From Gammaproteobacteria bacterium (lineage in GTDB: Bacteria > Pseudomonadota > Gammaproteobacteria > Ga0077536): DNA of 64,000 bases. Shown here one piece after another: positions 63,202-64,000 of this stretch (the first letter of the stretch is position 1; each line of letters starts with the position of its first letter). A model generated the notes under the pieces. It was not told the origin of the DNA. It ran no database searches and saw nothing but the letters and a program-made list of their open reading frames with translations. The DNA is taken from assembly GCA_963662545.2 (NCBI GenBank), contig CAXXLL010000003.1:2432001-2496000 (forward strand), in the 5' to 3' direction. The position numbers and the translations under genes were made by a program.

Positions 63202-64000
63202 ATGACTCCGATGGGCCATCCAACCGCTGACTTCGATCGTATCCCTTATTCCAATTACCATGATCCGGATATTTACAACGAAGAACTCAAACGTATTTTC
63301 GAAGGGGATACGTGGTCGTTCCTGGGCCTCGAAGCCGAGATTCCGAACCCGGGTGATTTCCGCAGAACCTTCATCGGCGAAACGCCGATCATCTACAACC
63401 GCGATCGTGATGGCAAAATTCACACCTTCGTCAACCGCTGCTCCCACCGCGGCGCCCTGATTCAGCGCGAGAACTTCGGCAATGTGACGAGCCACATCTG
63501 CCTTTACCACAGCTGGGCCTACGACCTTAACGGCGACCTCATCGGCGTTCCTCACAGGAATGGGGTCGGCGGCAGCCCTGGCATGCCCGACGATTTCGAC
63601 ATGACGTGCCACGGGCTCCGAAAGCTCCGTGTTGACAGCATCAACGGCGTCCTGTTCGCAACCTTTTCGGAGAGCGTCGAGACGTTGGAGGACTATCTCG
63701 GCCCGGCCCACGTCGACCACCTTGACCGGCTGTTTCACAAGCCGGTCAAGGTCCTTGGCTATCAGCGGCAATTCGTCAGGAGCAATTGGAAGGCCTATCT
63801 GGAGAACGTGCGCGATCACTATCACGGTGCTTTGCTGCACGGGTTTCAGAGCACGTTTGGAATCAATCGCTCGACCCACGACTGCGGCTCGATGATGGAT
63901 GTGAAGGCAGATTGGCATCTCGCGCCCCGAAACCGCCCAACGACGGCCTCGCCGACACACTTCTCCGCCTCCCGCCGGTTTCTCGCACAGACGACGTCTT
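63202..64000 (+). CDS. Aromatic ring-hydroxylating oxygenase alpha subunit (NagG/salicylate-hydroxylase-like), partial
   Basis: Hand translation: NRCSHRG...CLYHSW Rieske site; NWKAYLENVRDHYHGALLH iron site. Confidence 0.85.
   Translation, partial: MTPMGHPTADFDRIPYSNYHDPDIYNEELKRIFEGDTWSFLGLEAEIPNPGDFRRTFIGETPIIYNRDRDGKIHTFVNRCSHRGALIQRENFGNVTSHICLYHSWAYDLNGDLIGVPHRNGVGGSPGMPDDFDMTCHGLRKLRVDSINGVLFATFSESVETLEDYLGPAHVDHLDRLFHKPVKVLGYQRQFVRSNWKAYLENVRDHYHGALLHGFQSTFGINRSTHDCGSMMDVKADWHLAPRNRPTTASPTHFSASRRFLAQTTS

Overview
GC-rich proteobacterial-type DNA in two parts. Positions 1-30.8 kb hold mostly intact catabolic and housekeeping genes: a sirtuin, amidohydrolases, DUF1800/DUF1501, fahA, a PhyH dioxygenase, luciferase-like monooxygenases, a Tat-Rieske plus PQQ dehydrogenase pair, an XylM/AlkB-type monooxygenase with its reductase, GST, a class III cyclase and alkA, with scattered MITE/REP-like repeats. 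At ~30.85 kb a tRNA-Ser 3' fragment and a P4-type integrase open a decaying genomic island. The island is crowded with IS6, IS481, IS3, IS21 and ISCR/IS91 remnants, pseudogenes, catabolic hydrolases, a TonB-dependent receptor, a duplicated TPR-like gene, a flavin monooxygenase bracketed by inverted repeats and a tRNA-Sec (selC) fragment. The most striking observation is a 71-72 nt four-hairpin element with covarying stems, present three times, each copy sitting inside an ISCR/IS91 transposase coding sequence. All family assignments come from motif recognition by eye; no database search was run.
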